Of a DNA stretch of 64,000 nt, positions 59,268 through 64,000 are shown piece by piece (within the stretch, counting starts at the first letter, position 1; each line of letters starts with the position of its first letter). The position numbers were made by a program, and so were the translations under genes. Location of the stretch: positions 186,001 through 250,000 of the IMG/VR virus record IMGVR_UViG_3300033143_006101. One strand, given 5' to 3'. The notes under the pieces were generated by a model that saw only the letters and a list, made by a program, of their open reading frames with translations, was not told where the DNA came from and ran no database searches.

Positions 59268-59728
59268 ATGATAAAAAGATGGAAAGATAACGATATACTT
59301 ATTATGAAAAGTATGATTAATGAAAAGACAAGCCCAGAAATTGCAGAGATATTTGAAACTTCTACTAAAGCAATTAATAGTTTATTCACAAGAAGAAAAA
59401 TTATTCGAAATAAAGAAATATCAAAAGAGCATGTTAGAAAAAGTTTGATAAAAAGAAATAAAAAAAATTATGGGGATAAAAATGGTAACTGGAAAGGAGG
59501 AATATCAAAAAATAATTATCATTACAAAAAATTACAAATTGAAAAATTTCCAGAGAGAGAGTAAAGGCACGAGGTAAAGTGCATAAAGCAATTAAAAGCG
59601 GAAAGTTAAAAAGAAAACCATGTGAAATTTGTAATTCAAAAGATGTGCAGGCACATCATAATGATTATTCTAAACCACTAGAGGTTAAATGGTTTTGTAG
59701 AAAACATCATAGAGAGTATGAACAATAG
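59268..59728 (+). pseudogene. HNH endonuclease split by an (AG)5 repeat, abutting tRNA-Asp
   Basis: NGNWKGG then TAA at 59562; removing one AG gives RVKARGKV...PCEICNSKDVQAHHNDYSKPLEVKWFCRKHH, ending at TAG 59726-59728. Confidence 0.75.
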
Positions 59729-59799
59729 GAGCTTTAGTTTACTTGGGAAAACACTACCCTGTCACGGTAGAGTAAGGAGATCGAAACTCCTAAGCTCCG
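59728..59799 (+). tRNA. tRNA-Asp(GUC)
   Basis: GGAGCTT/AAGCTCC, CTACC-CTGTCAC-GGTAG, G73; T-loop ATCGAAA. Confidence 0.9.
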
Positions 59800-59802
59800 A
59801 AT

Positions 59803-60198
59803 TGTCAGGTAGGTTGCCTCACGAGAGGCTCGGCATTTGATAGTACCAATCCCGTAATTAGTAGGGCTATCAAATACTGCTCGGTACTGGTTAGGGTCTG
59901 AGTCAGTTTGGTTTCTAGAAAAGCTAGATTATTATAGTTTCATCAGGTTATTAGGACCGCTTCGTGAAGCAACTTGGATGAACAACTTCTAGCTGATCAT
60001 TCTGAAGAACTTGGCGGTTAGGGGAAACAGATGTGATAAGGATGAAGATTGAAACTAGGATCCAATTGTAAACTTATCTTACTTAAAAATAGTAGAAGGG
60101 ATTGAGGCGACTCCCACTCGGTTTATAATATTAAATAAACTCTAACTATTCTGAGTAAAAGCCTTCACCCTAGATTAGCGACCTGGGGCTATCTGACA
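59803..60198 (+). ncRNA. candidate large structured RNA B closed by a terminal helix
   Basis: TGTCAGGTAG (59803-59812) pairs with CTATCTGACA (60189-60198); AGGTTGC/GCGACCT, GCCTC-ACGA-GAGGC, TTTGATAG/CTATCAAA. Confidence 0.6.
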
Positions 60199-60229
60199 CA
60201 ACTATGGATCCATAGTTATTTGGGGTATA

Positions 60230-60703
60230 ATGATTAACGTATTTATGACAATACATCAGAAACAGCAATCTCTTATTAGTCCAGAGGCTACTGATACTAT
60301 TACTTCAATTTGTATTACAGCAATTATTATTTGTATTATATTATTTATATCTGTACTTTTTATGTTATATAGAAATAAATGGATATTTGGTAATGCTCTT
60401 ATTCTTTCAAGAATGGTGTTTGCAAGACAACTTAATACTCTAATGTTTCAAGAAGCAGAAATTTATACTAGTGAAGAATTGTATGCTAATAATTGGTCAT
60501 ATAATAAAATGCTTTTTTCAATTTGGGTATGGACACCACTAAAAATGGCTTATAATAAGAAAATGTTGGATTATGTTGTAATGGGTGTGTTACCTGATAT
60601 TAGGGAAAGAATTATAGATGTTTCTATTGAAGAAGTCTGGAAGAAAAACCCAAAACCATGGGAAGCATTAAAAAAAAGAACTTATGGCTTTCTGTGCAAT
60701 TGA
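60230..60703 (+). CDS. membrane protein
   Basis: TM segment ICITAIIICIILFISVLFML. Confidence 0.55.
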   Translation: MINVFMTIHQKQQSLISPEATDTITSICITAIIICIILFISVLFMLYRNKWIFGNALILSRMVFARQLNTLMFQEAEIYTSEELYANNWSYNKMLFSIWVWTPLKMAYNKKMLDYVVMGVLPDIRERIIDVSIEEVWKKNPKPWEALKKRTYGFLCN

Positions 60704-60706
60704 AGG

Positions 60707-61159
60707 GTGTGTACAATGATTATAACAAATATTGCGATAGCTCTTATAACTATTTTAGTACTTATTGATGTTATATTATTAACCGCTAATATTATGGATA
60801 AAGATAATAATCTAAGTATACTAAGCTGTATTGGTGGAATATTTATAATTGTACTTATTACATGGTTTATGATAGTAGCACCTACATTTAAGGATAGTGA
60901 TAAAGAACTAAAGAGGTTAGAAATGTCATTAATAAAAGAACCAAAAGAAATGACTCTACATTCTTTGAATAAGGAACTAGAAAAATATTATGATGAGCAC
61001 GGTCGTGAATATGGAGAAGAAAGTAAGATATTCTACAAATGTGAATTAGAATTATTTGATAGAATAAGAGAAGCAATTAAAGATGATAGAGAAACTCTAG
61101 TACTATTTGAGTTTACTAGAAAATTTGCTGAGATGAAATCAGCTTGTGCGGGGAATTAG
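60707..61159 (+). CDS. two-TM membrane protein
   Basis: two N-terminal hydrophobic helices. Confidence 0.55.
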   Translation: MCTMIITNIAIALITILVLIDVILLTANIMDKDNNLSILSCIGGIFIIVLITWFMIVAPTFKDSDKELKRLEMSLIKEPKEMTLHSLNKELEKYYDEHGREYGEESKIFYKCELELFDRIREAIKDDRETLVLFEFTRKFAEMKSACAGN

Positions 61160-61161
61160 AT

Positions 61162-62346
61162 ATGAAAGAATTAATAAATAGACAAATCGATGGTAAAATA
61201 AGTAACGATAATGTAGAAGAATGTAATTCCAGTTATAAGGCAACTATCCTAAAGGGAGCACCCAAAGGACTTGCTGTTTTTGAACAATATGGTAATTTAG
61301 TTCTTAAGCAAATAACACATGATGTTGTTACACAACATACTTTAGATAAAAAATTATTTTTGACTTTTGTGCTACATCTTCCTCTTAGAAATGAAAATTT
61401 AGACGCTTTATTTTTAGAGAAATTTTCTGAGCTAGGAGATGTTTATAGAATGGAAGATGGTTTAATGAGTTATAAAAGTATCGTAGTAGCAAAGGATTTT
61501 ATAATTCGATACGAAAGTGGGGAAAGTACTGTTAAAATAGCTCATATTTATCTTGCTCTGCATGTACAAACACTACAACAAAGAGATATTCTTATTTTAA
61601 AATTAAAGGAATTATTTAAAGATCATATTGTTACTGATATAAATGTAAACGTATCATTTTTTTATCTTACTAAACATGGATTAAAAAATTTAGGTTTTGA
61701 TATGATATATACACCCGAGCTACCCGAAGTAAATTATCCTTACATTTCAATTGATAAAAATGTTAAGGATATGAATGAATATATAGAAAAATATATTAAA
61801 AGTGAATCTCCTATAATTATTCTAATGGGAGAACCTGGAACAGGTAAAACAAGGTTTATTAGATATCTTCTATCAAAGTTAAAATGTCATTATAATGCAG
61901 ATTGGAATGTATATTTCACAGTGGATCCGGAAGTGCTAAAAGACACGGTGTTCTTTGTGAATTTTATGGCTTCTACGTCAAGAGCAATGGTAGTAGAAGA
62001 CATGGATAAAAATCTTCACGCGAGAATAGAAGGCAATGAGGTAATGTATAGTTTACTTGGAATATCTGATGGCATCATAAATATAGAAGAAAAGAAAATG
62101 ATCTTTTCTACTAATCTACCTTCTATAAAAAATATAGACTCGGCTATTATCAGAGAAGGTAGATGCTATGATATTCTAAATTTTAGAGCATTAACTGTAA
62201 ATGAATCAAATGCATTTTTAGCATATAATAAAAAAGGGGATTTAGATTTAGTAAAAGATTCATATACTCTTGCTGAACTATATGCACTAATAAACGGTAA
62301 CCCTAATAATTCTCATATAAGAAAAACAGGATTCAAAAATGAATGA
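61162..62346 (+). CDS. AAA+ ATPase
   Basis: GEPGTGKT, VVEDMD, STN, SAIIREGRCYD. Confidence 0.85.
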   Translation: MKELINRQIDGKISNDNVEECNSSYKATILKGAPKGLAVFEQYGNLVLKQITHDVVTQHTLDKKLFLTFVLHLPLRNENLDALFLEKFSELGDVYRMEDGLMSYKSIVVAKDFIIRYESGESTVKIAHIYLALHVQTLQQRDILILKLKELFKDHIVTDINVNVSFFYLTKHGLKNLGFDMIYTPELPEVNYPYISIDKNVKDMNEYIEKYIKSESPIIILMGEPGTGKTRFIRYLLSKLKCHYNADWNVYFTVDPEVLKDTVFFVNFMASTSRAMVVEDMDKNLHARIEGNEVMYSLLGISDGIINIEEKKMIFSTNLPSIKNIDSAIIREGRCYDILNFRALTVNESNAFLAYNKKGDLDLVKDSYTLAELYALINGNPNNSHIRKTGFKNE

Positions 62347-62718
62347 GAATAAACACTGGCAAGTTATGGTAATGCGAAGAAGGTGGTATCATGCTTTATA
62401 CTATTGGTTAAGAAGACTTCGTGGGAGAGATTTTAGTAAAGCTAAAGAGTATTTTGTAGGATTTCATATGAAGATTACAGATGATGGTATAATGGATGAA
62501 CCTACTTGTTCTCATATAGTTGAGACTTTTGAAAGTACACAAGGTTATACGCCTGCTTATGAAACTTTATCAGAAAGAAATAAGGATGTTAAATATGAAT
62601 GATTGGTTGTTAACTATTATAATGCTTATATTAATAGTTATGTGTATTATATTATTAGGTATAGGTGAATTACTTCAAATGATTTTAGTGGTATTGAAAT
62701 GAAAAGGAGATAATTAAA

Positions 62719-63111
62719 ATGTTAGATGATTTATTACCTCCTATAGGAGGATGTCCAATATCAGTTACTTTATGCAAAGATTGCCGTTATTTGTCTAGTG
62801 GAGGTTCTGAGCCAAGTGTAAACAGTGAAGAGTATAAAGAAGTAAAAAAGAAGTATCCGCATGTACAAAATATGCTGACAAAATATAGAGAGTGTAGTAG
62901 TTTTAATGTAATTTTCAGAATTTTTAATTCTATGGTAAAAAGGTTTTTTGGGGATAAAATACAAACGGTTCTTAATGAAGATGACTATTGGGATTTAAGA
63001 CTTCTACTCAGTTATGCACATTTTGTAAGAACAGGAGAAAAGAGAAAGGATATTGAAGGTCCTGAAAATGAAAATGATCTTGATGAATGTATAGAATGGA
63101 AAAGATTATAA
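62719..63111 (+). CDS. hypothetical protein
   Basis: RBS AAAGGAG; ends 1 nt before tRNA-Asn. Confidence 0.5.
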   Translation: MLDDLLPPIGGCPISVTLCKDCRYLSSGGSEPSVNSEEYKEVKKKYPHVQNMLTKYRECSSFNVIFRIFNSMVKRFFGDKIQTVLNEDDYWDLRLLLSYAHFVRTGEKRKDIEGPENENDLDECIEWKRL

Positions 63112-63183
63112 TGCTGGGTAGCTCAGAGGGAGAGCTCGTGTTTGTTAAACACAGGGTCGGCGGTTCAATCCCGTCCCCAGCAG
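63112..63183 (+). tRNA. tRNA-Asn(GUU)
   Basis: TGCTGGG/CCCAGCA, loop TTGTTAA, G73. Confidence 0.9.
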
Positions 63184-63369
63184 ATAAAAATAGATTTTGG
63201 AGATGTTAGTTATGGCAGAAAAAGTAAAAATAATTGTACTTAAGTCTAGGAATAAACGATTGAGAGGCATGAGGAAATTCATTACTGAACATATTGATGA
63301 ATTGGATTGTTTATTCACTGAAAAAGAACAGGACAAATTGAATAAGATTAAGGCAAGGAGAAGTTCTGT

Positions 63370-63726
63370 ATGCTAGTAAAATTATTAAACTGGCTCATTA
63401 AACGTCTTAAGTTAACAGGAAAGATTTCAGATGGGTATCATACTTTTGATGAATTGTATGAACATAGAGTAAGATTGTATTTAGCTCTTTGTAAACATGG
63501 CCCCAAGTTTGTCTGGAAGTCACGGAAACATTCAGATGGAACTTCATACCCTGGATGGTTTTTGTTAGGAATGAATACCGTTCCCGGATTGCAAATGACG
63601 TATCATATTCCGGATAAGTATTGGGATCACTGCCAATAGTATCGAGAGTTAGATCAAGCTCCTAATTTTGATGGACATACATCGAATGATGTACTAACAA
63701 GAATCCACAGAGAGTTGATTATTTAA
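63370..63726 (+). CDS. conserved-type phage protein interrupted by an in-frame TAG at 63637
   Basis: SDGYHTFDELYEHR...KHSDG...GWF..G...TYH; after TAG continues YRELDQAPNFDGHTSNDVLTRI to TAA 63724. Confidence 0.6.
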
Positions 63727-63752
63727 GTTGTAATAGGCATCATATTAAAAAA

Positions 63753-63827
63753 CGGGGTGTAGGCTAGTCAGGCTAAGTCGCCTGCTTTGGGAGCAGGAAA
63801 TCGGAAGTTCGAATCTTCTCACCCCGA
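63753..63827 (+). tRNA. tRNA-Pro(UGG)
   Basis: CGGGGTG/CACCCCG, CCTGC-TTTGGGA-GCAGG, A73. Confidence 0.93.
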
Positions 63828-64000
63828 ATGATAAGGTTATTCATATGAAAAAATATACCAAAGAAGAAAAACAGCAAATTGAAAAACTAGTACGTTTTGG
63901 AAAAACAAATAAAGAAATTCCTGCTTTATTAAATAGACCCTTCGAGTCTATTAAAACTTTTATAGCACGTAATTGTTCTAGGTATAAAATAGTAAAAGAT

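Noticed and set aside
59803-60198. RNase P RNA or tmRNA
   Set aside because: No GAGGAAAGUCC or P4 complement; no Ala-type acceptor/T arm or tag ORF
1-64000. Genome-wide stop-codon reassignment (TAG or TGA)
   Set aside because: Large genes (RNR, portal, SbcC, MCP, scaffold) are intact under code 11 and many end in TAG or TGA next to the following start; only two isolated amber interruptions were seen
1-64000. Archaeal virus (TTTATATA motifs, CCA-less tRNAs, inteins)
   Set aside because: sigma70-type promoters, Shine-Dalgarno sites, long-arm G1-C72 tRNA-Tyr, a peptidoglycan amidase and a 3D-domain protein point to a bacterial host

Overview
64 kb of an AT-rich (about 30% GC by eye) large tailed dsDNA bacteriophage, probably jumbo-sized. 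A bacterial host is supported by sigma70-type promoters, a long-arm G1-C72 tRNA-Tyr, an Amidase_2 endolysin and a 3D-domain protein. Layout: (1) 0.2-7.5 kb (+): YegI-like kinase, nicotinamidase-like hydrolase, Pif1-like helicase, RNase H, vWA protein. (2) 7.5-24 kb (-): MuF-like protein, degenerate phosphatase, intein-containing class II ribonucleotide reductase, MazG, SbcCD, ParB. (3) 24.0-24.3 kb: divergent control region with palindromes and direct repeats before a winged-helix gene. (4) 24.3-50.9 kb (+): head module (intein-containing portal, protease, scaffold, two decoration paralogs, major capsid protein), then a LAGLIDADG endonuclease, sigma-like factor, Apyc1-like MBL hydrolase and amidase. 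(5) 51-64 kb (+): array of 12 conventional CCA-less tRNAs mixed with HNH genes, two extra capsid paralogs and several structured non-coding RNAs. The most striking signal is three tRNA-shaped RNAs (54717-55357) that each carry a 70-73 nt insertion in the variable region. The insertions share two invariant motifs exactly 35 nt apart and a covarying pseudoknot that I cannot assign to a known intron, ribozyme or riboswitch class. Other notable signals: two ~400-nt candidate ncRNAs, a highly iterated palindrome (TGGATCCA), a phage-specific promoter motif, recurrent K-x-A motifs in head proteins, and several amber- or frameshift-interrupted genes in the tRNA array. All family calls are from motif recognition only; no database searches were run.
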